In this document: positions 6,506 through 13,713 of the stretch, piece after piece
Position numbering within the stretch: the first letter of the stretch is position 1
Layout: every line of letters starts with the position of its first letter
IMG/VR virus record: IMGVR_UViG_3300037851_001237
Location: 1 to 27,611 of that record
Origin: a virus
Taxonomy: Duplodnaviria > Caudoviricetes
DNA length: 27,611 nt
Strand: one strand, 5' to 3'
The notes under the pieces: generated by a model
The model's input: only the letters and a program-made list of their open reading frames with translations
The model's database searches: none
What the model was told of the DNA's origin: nothing
Program-made: the position numbers and the translations under genes

Positions 6506-7579
6506 ATGAACCGGACGCCACTCAGCCAGCTCTCCTCTCCCAACGTCGCCGCCTGCACGGTGGAACTCCCTTCGGCAGGCTCAGGGACCGACCCTTCGAC
6601 GGGGCGGCCCCATCGCCCGTCGATGGGCGCGTTCCAGATCTTCCCGTCGGGTGAGTTCCGCGCCAGCCAGGGGGCGCTGCTGGGCTCCGGCCCCTGGCGC
6701 TGTTCCGCTGATTCCGCCGCGCGGGTGATCGCCGCCGCCAGGGGGCGGGGGCTTAAGATCGCCATCGACTACGGCCACCAGACCCTGCTTGCCGAGAAGA
6801 ACGGCCAGCCCGCCCCCGCGGCGGGGTGGATCGATCCCGCCCGCCTCGTCTGGGACGAAGGTCGCGGCCTGTTCGACCCGGCGCCGGAGTGGACCGCCAA
6901 GGCCGCCGCCGCCATCGACGCCGGAGAGTTCCGCTACGGCTCGCCGGTGTTCCGCTACGACCCCGCTTCGGGCGAGGTGCTGGAGCTGCTCCACGTCGCC
7001 CTGCTCAATACCCCGGCCATCGACGGCTTCAAACCCGTCGGGGCCGCTTCCGCTTCACCCACCTCAGAGGATGCGCTGCGCATGAAATCGCTGCTGAAAC
7101 CCCTTGGTCTGCCCGAAGACGCCGATGAGCTGGCGGCCCTGGCAGCCCTCTCCACCCTGATCACCGAGCGCGACGGGCTGCGCTCCCAACTGGATCAGGC
7201 CCAGACCGCCGCGGCCTCCGCCGCCCCCCTGGCGCTGGTAACACAGCTCCAAGGCGAAATCGCCGCCCTCAAGGCGGGCGAGACCGCCCGCGAGGTGGAC
7301 GGCCTGATCGCCGCCGGCCTGGCCGACGGGCGCATCCTGCCGACGATGGAGGCCTGGGCGCGCGGCCTGGCCGCCACCAGCGTCCAGTCGCTGCGGGACT
7401 ATCTGGCCCAGGCCCAGCCCATCGCGGCGCTGACCGCCAGCCAGACCGGGGGCAAGCAGCCGGCCGGGGTGGGCGGGGGTTCCCCGACCCTCAACGCCGA
7501 TGAGCTGGCGGTATGCAAGGCGATGGGCTACAGCCCGGACGATTTCATCAAGGCCCGCATGGCCGAGCAGGAGGGTTAA
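6506..7579 (+). CDS. Mu-like prophage I protein (head maturation protease/scaffold), 357 aa
   Basis: Start moved to ATG 6506; FQIFPSGEFRA, IAIDYGHQTL...GQPAPAAGW, WT.KA...I.AGEFRYGSPVF, LLHVALLNTPAIDG motifs. Confidence 0.95.
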   Translation: MNRTPLSQLSSPNVAACTVELPSAGSGTDPSTGRPHRPSMGAFQIFPSGEFRASQGALLGSGPWRCSADSAARVIAAARGRGLKIAIDYGHQTLLAEKNGQPAPAAGWIDPARLVWDEGRGLFDPAPEWTAKAAAAIDAGEFRYGSPVFRYDPASGEVLELLHVALLNTPAIDGFKPVGAASASPTSEDALRMKSLLKPLGLPEDADELAALAALSTLITERDGLRSQLDQAQTAAASAAPLALVTQLQGEIAALKAGETAREVDGLIAAGLADGRILPTMEAWARGLAATSVQSLRDYLAQAQPIAALTASQTGGKQPAGVGGGSPTLNADELAVCKAMGYSPDDFIKARMAEQEG

Positions 7580-7582
7580 TCG

Positions 7583-8011
7583 ATGGCTGCACTCAGCGCC
7601 GCGCGCAATACCAAGGAGTCCGGCAACGCCGGGCGAAGCCTCCACGAGCTGCCGGTGGACGCCGGCAAGGTCTGCCATCAGGGCGGCATCGGTTGCCTCG
7701 ATCAGGCCGATGGCCTAGCCAAGCCGGGCGTAACCGCTACCACGCTGGTGGCCCTGGGCCGGATCGAAAACACCGCCGACAACTCTGGCGGGGCCGATGG
7801 CGCCGTGAAGGTGCTGATCAAGGAGGGCGACTTCTGGTGGGGCAACAGCGCCTCCTCGGACGCCATCGCCGCCGACGACATCGGCAAGACCTGCTACATC
7901 GTGGACGATCAGACGGTCGCCCTCACCGATGGCACCGGCACGCGCTCCGCCGCCGGCAAGGTGGTCAACGTGGACGCCAGCCTCGGCGTCCTGGTTCGCA
8001 TGGGTCTGTAA
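7583..8011 (+). CDS. Head decoration/cement-like protein
   Basis: DNSGGADG...DIGKTCYIVDDQTVA.T.G..TRSAAGKV motif; lies between protease and capsid as in Mu-like phages. Confidence 0.8.
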   Translation: MAALSAARNTKESGNAGRSLHELPVDAGKVCHQGGIGCLDQADGLAKPGVTATTLVALGRIENTADNSGGADGAVKVLIKEGDFWWGNSASSDAIAADDIGKTCYIVDDQTVALTDGTGTRSAAGKVVNVDASLGVLVRMGL

Positions 8012-8025
8012 GGAGGGCCTGAAAG

Positions 8026-8937
8026 ATGGTTATCAACAACACGGTTTTGGCCGCCCTGCGGACCACCTTCCGCAACGATTTCCAGCGCGGCCTGGAGTCC
8101 GTTCCCAAGTTGCGAGAACGGGTATCCACGATGGTCCCCAGCACCACCGCCCTCAACACCTACGGCTGGCTGGAGGGAATGCCGGGGATGCGCGAATGGA
8201 TCGGCGAGCGGCTGATTCACAACCTGAAGGAGCGCGCCTACCAGCTCAGCAACAAGACCTGGGAGAGCACGGTCGGGGTGCGCCGCGAGGACATCGAGGA
8301 CGACAACCTGGGCATCTACGGCCCGACGATGCAGATGCTGGGCGCGGAGGCCGGCGAACACCCCGAGCTGCTGGTGTGGGACCTGCTGCTGGCCGGCTTC
8401 GCCGCCACCAAGGGTCTGGCGTGGGACGGGCAGTATTTCTTCGACTCCGACCATCTGACATGGGACGCCAACGGGGCCGAGACGACCTTCTCGAATACCG
8501 GCGGCGGCAGTGGCGCGGCCTGGTTCCTCGCCGACCTGAGCAAGCCGCTCAAGCCGGTCATTTTCCAGGAGCGGCGCAAGCTGGCCTTCACCGCCAAAGA
8601 CCGGATGGAGGATGACAACGTATTCGAGCGCAGCGAGTACCAGTACGGCTGCGACGCCCGTTACAACGCCGGTTTCGGGCTGTTCCAGACGATCTACGGC
8701 AGCAAGGACACCCTGAGCGAGGCCAACGTGGTGGCCGGGCGCACCGCCTTGATGGGGCAGCGCAAGCCGAGCGGGGCGAAGCTGAACCTGAACCCCAACA
8801 CCATCATCTGCGGGCCGTCCAATCTCGCGGCGGCGCTGAAGATAGCCGACGCCCAATTGGTGGCAAGCGGCAACGCGGGGGTGAGCAACGTCTGGGCCGG
8901 TCGCTTCCAGGTGCTGGAAGTGCCGTATTTGACTTGA
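8026..8937 (+). CDS. Mu-like major head subunit gpT
   Basis: VPSTT..NTYGWL..MPGMREWIGER, NKTWESTVGV.REDIEDDNLGIY, DGQYFFDSDH, KPVIFQER, YGCDARYNAGFG; AAGGAGG SD. Confidence 0.96.
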   Translation: MVINNTVLAALRTTFRNDFQRGLESVPKLRERVSTMVPSTTALNTYGWLEGMPGMREWIGERLIHNLKERAYQLSNKTWESTVGVRREDIEDDNLGIYGPTMQMLGAEAGEHPELLVWDLLLAGFAATKGLAWDGQYFFDSDHLTWDANGAETTFSNTGGGSGAAWFLADLSKPLKPVIFQERRKLAFTAKDRMEDDNVFERSEYQYGCDARYNAGFGLFQTIYGSKDTLSEANVVAGRTALMGQRKPSGAKLNLNPNTIICGPSNLAAALKIADAQLVASGNAGVSNVWAGRFQVLEVPYLT

Positions 8938-8946
8938 TGAAAGGAG

Positions 8947-8973
8947 GCGGCCATCTCGAACCGAGATGGCCGC
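8947..8973. terminator. Perfect 12-bp hairpin between capsid gene and mini-array; likely terminator or RNA stabiliser
   Basis: GCGGCCATCTCG-AAC-CGAGATGGCCGC; U-tract weak on both strands. Confidence 0.6.
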
Positions 8974-9063
8974 TTAGAAATCCCCGCTGACGCGGGGAAC
9001 ACCCGACGATGATGGTTTTGGGCTTGATGGGCAGCGGTTCATCCCCGCGAGCGCGGGGAAAAC
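8974..9063 (-). CRISPR. Type I-E mini-CRISPR array: 2 repeats, 1 spacer, no cas genes
   Basis: Minus strand: GTTTTCCCCGCGCTCGCGGGGATGAACCG (9063-9035), 32-nt spacer CTGCCCATCAAGCCCAAAACCATCATCGTCGG (9034-9003), GTGTTCCCCGCGTCAGCGGGGATTTCTAA (9002-8974). The 29+32 geometry and sequence match the I-E consensus GTGTTCCCCGCGCCAGCGGGGATAAACCG. Confidence 0.92.
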
Positions 9064-9075
9064 ATTGGCAAAACG

Positions 9076-9103
9076 ATATTACCACTGGATACCAACATGC
9101 CAA
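9076..9103 (-). promoter_or_regulatory. Predicted sigma70 promoter for the mini-array
   Basis: TTGGCA (9103-9098), 16 bp, extended -10 TGG-TAATAT (9084-9076), 12 nt upstream of the first repeat. Confidence 0.65.
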
Positions 9104-9282
9104 AAGACGAAACAAAGATCGAACCCGCGAAGCTGTGCGTCATCGCCCGCTCCGAGGGTTTCCGCCGCGCCGGCCGCGCCTGGAGCGTCGCCCCAACCGA
9201 GGTGGAGACCAAGGAGTTCTCCGCCGATCAGCTCGCCGCCCTGCGCGCCGATCCGATGCTGATCGTCCAGGACGTGAAGTAA
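9097..9282 (+). CDS. Mu gp35-like / FluMu N-terminal (HI1506-related) protein
   Basis: EGFRRAGRAW...FSADQLAALRADPML.V motif; position after the capsid gene. Confidence 0.85.
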   Translation: MPKDETKIEPAKLCVIARSEGFRRAGRAWSVAPTEVETKEFSADQLAALRADPMLIVQDVK

Positions 9283-9288
9283 GCCGCG

Positions 9289-9714
9289 ATGGCCTACGCC
9301 ACCCAGGCCCAACTGATCGACCACTGCGGCGAGCTGGAGTTGATCCAGCTCACCGATCGCGAGGCCGGCGCGGTGCTCGATACGGGGGTGCTAGAAACCG
9401 CCCGCGCGGGGGTGGAGAGCCTGATGGACGGCTACATCGGCCGCCGCTACGCGGTGCCGGTATCGCCAGTCCCGGATCTGCTGGTGTGGATCTGCTGCGC
9501 CCTCACCCGCCATCGGCTCTGGAAAGATGCCGCGGATCCAAAAGTGACCGCCGACGCCAAGCTGGCCGAGGAGCGACTGGCCGCCATATCCAAGGGCGTC
9601 ATCGACCTGCCGGGCTGCGCCTGGGCGGTGCAGCCGGCGGCGGAACAAGCCCATATCGAAATGACCAACGGCGGGGATGCGCTGTGGAGTAGGGGACGCG
9701 GAGGGTTCCTATGA
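9289..9714 (+). CDS. Mu gp36/J-like head-tail connector (DUF1320)
   Basis: MAYAT...L....GE.ELIQLTDR...MDGYI..RY.VP....P..L..ICC.L.R.RL...L.AISKG.I.L. Confidence 0.92.
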   Translation: MAYATQAQLIDHCGELELIQLTDREAGAVLDTGVLETARAGVESLMDGYIGRRYAVPVSPVPDLLVWICCALTRHRLWKDAADPKVTADAKLAEERLAAISKGVIDLPGCAWAVQPAAEQAHIEMTNGGDALWSRGRGGFL

Positions 9715-10145
9715 ACCTCCTCGCCCTGGAACCGCTGCTGGTGGCCCGGCTGAAAGCCGAGCTACCGTCCACGATCAAGGTGTTGACCCTGCCGGACATC
9801 AAGGCCGCCACCGATGGCACGCGCCCCGTCCCGGCGGTGGACGTGATCTACGGCGGCTACACGGTGGAGGAAGACAAGGGCGGGATGATCAAGCTGACCC
9901 TGAAATGGCTCACGATGGTGGCCGTCAGGAATCTCAAGGAGGTGCGGGAAGGCGCGGGGGCGAGAGATGAGGCGGGGCCGCTGACCGATACCGTGTTCGA
10001 AGCCCTGCACCGCTGGAAGCCGCCGTTGGAAGGCTACGGAACGCTGCGCCTGGCCAATCCGATTCCACCCATATATGTCCTGGGAACACTGCATTTTCCA
10101 CTTGTCTGGACCGTAACCCTAACCGAGATGACCCCATGCGCGTGA
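9711..10145 (+). CDS. Mu gp37-like tail terminator/completion protein
   Basis: ATGA coupling; PAVDVIYGGY...W..MVAVRN...A...AGPL...V..AL..WKP; synteny. Confidence 0.75.
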   Translation: MNLLALEPLLVARLKAELPSTIKVLTLPDIKAATDGTRPVPAVDVIYGGYTVEEDKGGMIKLTLKWLTMVAVRNLKEVREGAGARDEAGPLTDTVFEALHRWKPPLEGYGTLRLANPIPPIYVLGTLHFPLVWTVTLTEMTPCA

Positions 10146-10306
10146 AGCTACTGAAACCCCATACCCACGCCGGGCGCGACTACCCCGCCGGCGCGGAACT
10201 CGACCTGGCCGACGCCGACGCCCAATGGCTGGCCGGCATCAAGGTCGCCGAACCCGTAACCACCAAGCCGGCCAAGCCCGGCAAGACCGAAGAGGTGAAT
10301 AACTGA
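10136..10306 (+). CDS. Small virion-associated protein, 56 aa (below ORF-track cutoff)
   Basis: MRVKLLKPHTHAGRDYPAGAELDLADADAQWLAGIKVAEP...; TGATG coupling to the tail tube gene. Confidence 0.75.
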   Translation: MRVKLLKPHTHAGRDYPAGAELDLADADAQWLAGIKVAEPVTTKPAKPGKTEEVNN

Positions 10307-11082
10307 TGGGCGCGCAAATGCTTTGGAACGGGCAAGGCCCGATCTACTTCGGCGACTTCGACGCCGTCAACGGCACTCCCGAAATGGGCTACCTGGTCAA
10401 CCTCAAGAAGGTGGGCTGCGCCAACCGCTCCCTCACCTGCACCCCCGCCCGCGAAGTGGGCACGGTCAAGGAGACCTGCTCGGGGCAGCGCTTGGATATC
10501 TCGGAATACACCAAGTCCAAGAGCCTCAAAATCAAGCTGGAGATGGTGGGCTGGGACCGCGACATGCTGGCCGCGGCCTTCTACGCCGAGAGCGTGCTCA
10601 AGCCCGCCGGCACGGTGACCGGCGAGGTGTTCCCCACCGTGGCCGCGGGCGACTACCTGTTTTTGAAGCACCCCAAGGCCAGTTCCATCGTCGTCACCGA
10701 CAGCGCGGGCACCCCGGCCACCCTGGTGGCGGGAACCAACTATGCGGTGGAAGACGCCGCCCAGGGGCGTATCAAGGTGCTGGCGCTGGGTTCGTTCGTG
10801 CAGCCGTTCAAGGCCGCCTACAGCTACGCCGAATACGGCAACATCGCCGCCTTCAGCTCCTCCGGCATCCGCAAGGGGCTGGTGTTCAACGGCAAGAACG
10901 AAGAGGGGCAGACCGCGCGCCTGTGTATTCCCAAGCTGAGCCTGGCGATGTCCGGCGACTTCTCCTGGATTAGCGACGATCCAAGCCCGCTGACCCTGGA
11001 AGGAACGGCCTACTACGTGGAGGAGTTCCAGAGCGACACCGACTTCGGGCCGTTCATGCGCATCGACGCGCTGCCGAACTAA
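10306..11082 (+). CDS. Major tail tube protein (siphovirus type)
   Basis: GQGPIYFG...KETCSGQR...L.LEG; 258 aa; synteny; no sheath gene present. Confidence 0.8.
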   Translation: MGAQMLWNGQGPIYFGDFDAVNGTPEMGYLVNLKKVGCANRSLTCTPAREVGTVKETCSGQRLDISEYTKSKSLKIKLEMVGWDRDMLAAAFYAESVLKPAGTVTGEVFPTVAAGDYLFLKHPKASSIVVTDSAGTPATLVAGTNYAVEDAAQGRIKVLALGSFVQPFKAAYSYAEYGNIAAFSSSGIRKGLVFNGKNEEGQTARLCIPKLSLAMSGDFSWISDDPSPLTLEGTAYYVEEFQSDTDFGPFMRIDALPN

Positions 11083-11091
11083 GGCATCAAC

Positions 11092-11445
11092 ATGGCCCAG
11101 CTAAACGCCCACGCCTCCGCCCCGCCCACCGGGATCATCACCATTCAGGCGGGGGAGACCTTCGACTGGAGCGCGGTGTGGAAGCCGGGCGGCCTGCCGC
11201 TGGACTGGACCGGTTACGCGGTGGAGTGCCGCATCACCTACGGCAGCGGGCAGTCCTACCTCCTCACCAACGCCAACGGCAAGATTCTGCTGAACGCCGA
11301 TGGGGTGCAGGGGCGGCTGCGGTTCTGGCTGGAGGATGAGGAGACGGCGGCCCTGCCGTTCGCCGCAGGGGCCTTCAAGATGTGGCGCACCGATCCGGCG
11401 GGTAAACGCAAATTGATCTGGCGCGGCCAGGTGAGGGTGCAATGA
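11092..11445 (+). CDS. Beta-rich virion accessory protein (BppU/LtfC-like fold suspected)
   Basis: ITIQAGETF.W...W...G.PLDWTGY.....I...G.L...L....TAALPF...G.V.V pattern. Confidence 0.6.
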   Translation: MAQLNAHASAPPTGIITIQAGETFDWSAVWKPGGLPLDWTGYAVECRITYGSGQSYLLTNANGKILLNADGVQGRLRFWLEDEETAALPFAAGAFKMWRTDPAGKRKLIWRGQVRVQ

Positions 11446-12059
11446 GCGACGGGATCTACACGACTGAGGAGCCCACGCTGGTAACGCCGGACGGGGCATC
11501 TCTGGAAATCGTCCCCGATGCCGAGGGGCTGGCGATCGAATCCTCCGACGACCGGGTTACGGTGGCCGTGGAGCCATCGCCGGGCGTGGAGGTGGTCACC
11601 GCCGACGCGGCGGGGGAGACGGTGGTGGTCGGCGAGCAGGTCACCGAAGTAATCACCGAAGGGCTGCAAGGCCCGATGGGGCCGCCGGGTCCGCCCGGCG
11701 GGCTGGTGGATGCGCTGGCGGTGAAGCTCGCCGGCGAGTACATCGGCGGCCACCGGGTGGTGGTGGTGGGGGCGGACGATCGGGCCATGCTGGCCGATCC
11801 GGACAACGCGGGGCACGCCGATCTCATCTTCGGCGTCGCCACGGGGGCGAGCTACGCCGGGGAGGCGGTCACCATCCGCCGCGCCGGCGAGATGCGGGAG
11901 CCTTCCTGGGCCTGGGAGGCGGGGAAGGTGGTGTTCGCGGGGGCGGGCGGCGTGCTGACCCAGACCCCGCCAAGCGACGGGGCGTACCTGGCCGAAGTGG
12001 GCCGGGCCATCGCGCCGAATTTAATCGACATCAAGATCGAGCGATCGATCCGGAGATAA
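11442..12059 (+). CDS. Virion decoration/fibre-base protein with short collagen-like linker
   Basis: GLQGPMGPPGPPGG; C-terminal cement-like domain (AGEYIGGHRVV...W.W..G..VF.G..G.LTQTPP...VGRA). Confidence 0.65.
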   Translation: MSDGIYTTEEPTLVTPDGASLEIVPDAEGLAIESSDDRVTVAVEPSPGVEVVTADAAGETVVVGEQVTEVITEGLQGPMGPPGPPGGLVDALAVKLAGEYIGGHRVVVVGADDRAMLADPDNAGHADLIFGVATGASYAGEAVTIRRAGEMREPSWAWEAGKVVFAGAGGVLTQTPPSDGAYLAEVGRAIAPNLIDIKIERSIRR

Positions 12060-12062
12060 GAC

Positions 12063-12569
12063 GTGGCGAAGTTCATCAAGCTCAATAGCAATGGCCGGAT
12101 GCAGGAAGAGGCGGCGCTGGTCACCAGCGCGGGGGCCGGCAGCGCGGGTGCCATCCCGGCCTTGGACTCCAACGGGCGGCTCGACATCTCGATGATGCCC
12201 GCCGGGTTCGGCGACGACGCCTCCACCCTGGTGGCCTCCGAGGCCCTGGTGGCCGGCCCGGTCAACATCTGGGACGACGGCGGCACCATCAAGGTGCGCA
12301 AGGCGGATGCCACCGCGGCGGGCAAGGAGTGCGACGCCTTCGTGGATCAGGCCTACGCGGCGGACGATCCCGCCACGGTCTACTACGAGGGGTTGATGAG
12401 CGGCCTCACCGGGCTCACCCCCGGCGCCCGCTACTACCTCAACACCACCGCCGGCCAGGTCACCACCACCCCGCCCACCGGCGCGGGCAACGTGGTGCAG
12501 TACATCGGCCGCGCGGTATCGGCGACCGATATCGCCTTCGAGGCCACCGACGGCGTGATCCGGGCCTAA
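12063..12569 (+). CDS. Cement/decoration-like virion protein
   Basis: GTG start; ASEAL.AG.VNI...VRKADA...GLTPGARYYL.TTAG..T.TPP...G..VQ.IGRA. Confidence 0.7.
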   Translation: MAKFIKLNSNGRMQEEAALVTSAGAGSAGAIPALDSNGRLDISMMPAGFGDDASTLVASEALVAGPVNIWDDGGTIKVRKADATAAGKECDAFVDQAYAADDPATVYYEGLMSGLTGLTPGARYYLNTTAGQVTTTPPTGAGNVVQYIGRAVSATDIAFEATDGVIRA

Positions 12570-12572
12570 GCC

Positions 12573-12848
12573 GTGGCGGTGCGCCGTCCCCTGGTGCTCA
12601 GCTTCTCCGGACGGCTGGAGGAGCTGCCGCCGGGGGACGGGGTCGGATTCCATTTGCGGGCGCTGGCCAACCCGGCGCTCGCGGATGTAGAGGATGGGGA
12701 GCTGGCGGCGGATGCCGCCAGCGGCCACCTGGTGCTCAGGCTCGGAAACCTGCTCCACCGCTTCGCCCCGATGGGGGCGCAATCGTATCCAGGGCAGGCG
12801 GATTTCTCCGCCGCCCGTAATTCGCACTGGTTGGGGGTCATGGCCTGA
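12573..12848 (+). CDS. Hypothetical virion protein, 91 aa
   Basis: GTG start 3 nt after the previous stop; MAVRRPLVL...G.LEELP.GD; TGATG coupling downstream. Confidence 0.65.
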   Translation: MAVRRPLVLSFSGRLEELPPGDGVGFHLRALANPALADVEDGELAADAASGHLVLRLGNLLHRFAPMGAQSYPGQADFSAARNSHWLGVMA

Positions 12849-13405
12849 TGCACCCGGTACTCGACGGCAACGGCGACCTCAAGCAGGTATTCAGCCTGGG
12901 CGCTGGTTCCAGCGGCGACCCGCTGCGGCTGGTGATGCAGGACTACCGCTCCGCCCTGGTGGACGCGGGGCTGGTCTACGGCATGGCGTCGCGGTTGACG
13001 CTGGCGAACAACGCCACCCTCGACATGCTGCTGGTGACCCCGGCGACCCCGGCTCATATCGAGCTGTTGACGATGGAGTGTTCCACCACCAGCGCGCCGG
13101 TCTACATCGACCTCTACGAGGGGACCATCGTCTCCGCCAACGGCACGGCGGTTACCAACATCAGAAACTACAACCGGCAGTCGAACCGCGCCAACGGACT
13201 GGCGATCTACCAGGGGGCGACCGTCACCGATACCGGGATCTCCGTGGACGCCATGCTGCTCGCTGGCGACAAGACGATTGGCGGCGGCAACGGACAGGAT
13301 GGGCGGTTCATTCTGAAGCCGTCCGAAAAGTATTTGGTGCGGGTGCAGAACGTCTCCGGGGCCTCGGCTACGCTGGGGTTCCGGCTGGTGTTTGGGGAGG
13401 ACTGA
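12848..13405 (+). CDS. Hypothetical beta-rich virion protein, 185 aa
   Basis: Coupled on both sides (TGATG); IRNYNRQS...ILKP..KYLVRVQN.SG. Confidence 0.7.
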   Translation: MHPVLDGNGDLKQVFSLGAGSSGDPLRLVMQDYRSALVDAGLVYGMASRLTLANNATLDMLLVTPATPAHIELLTMECSTTSAPVYIDLYEGTIVSANGTAVTNIRNYNRQSNRANGLAIYQGATVTDTGISVDAMLLAGDKTIGGGNGQDGRFILKPSEKYLVRVQNVSGASATLGFRLVFGED

Positions 13406-13710
13406 TGTCCTACCAGTTGACCGATCCGCTGCATATCGAGATTCACTCGGTACGCATCCTCCGAATCACGACCGATCTGGAAGGCGACGCCCATATCGTC
13501 CAGCTCGCCGATCTGGACGCGGCGGGTGGGGAGGTGCGGCGGCGCACCCTCTCATATCCGATCCACGACAGCGCGGGGAATATCATCCTGGCGGGCGACT
13601 GGCCGGCGGAGTACCCCACCGGGGAGCAGCTTTATGGGCTGCTGCAACTGGCACATTTCGGGCGCTTGCGGGAACTGCCGGATGGGGTTGGCGCTGGGGT
13701 GGTGGTGTAA
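13405..13710 (+). CDS. Hypothetical protein, 101 aa
   Basis: True start is ATG 13405 (GGAGG SD, TGATG) inside track ORF 12694..13710; MSYQLTDPLHIEIHSVRIL... Confidence 0.65.
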   Translation: MSYQLTDPLHIEIHSVRILRITTDLEGDAHIVQLADLDAAGGEVRRRTLSYPIHDSAGNIILAGDWPAEYPTGEQLYGLLQLAHFGRLRELPDGVGAGVVV

Positions 13711-13713
13711 GAC

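Noticed and set aside
8804-9692. ORFs 8804..9115 (-) and 9009..9692 (+) crossing the CRISPR repeats
   Set aside because: They run through the repeats and overlap genuine genes; the LPIKPKTIIVG peptide in the minus ORF is only the spacer read in its donor frame
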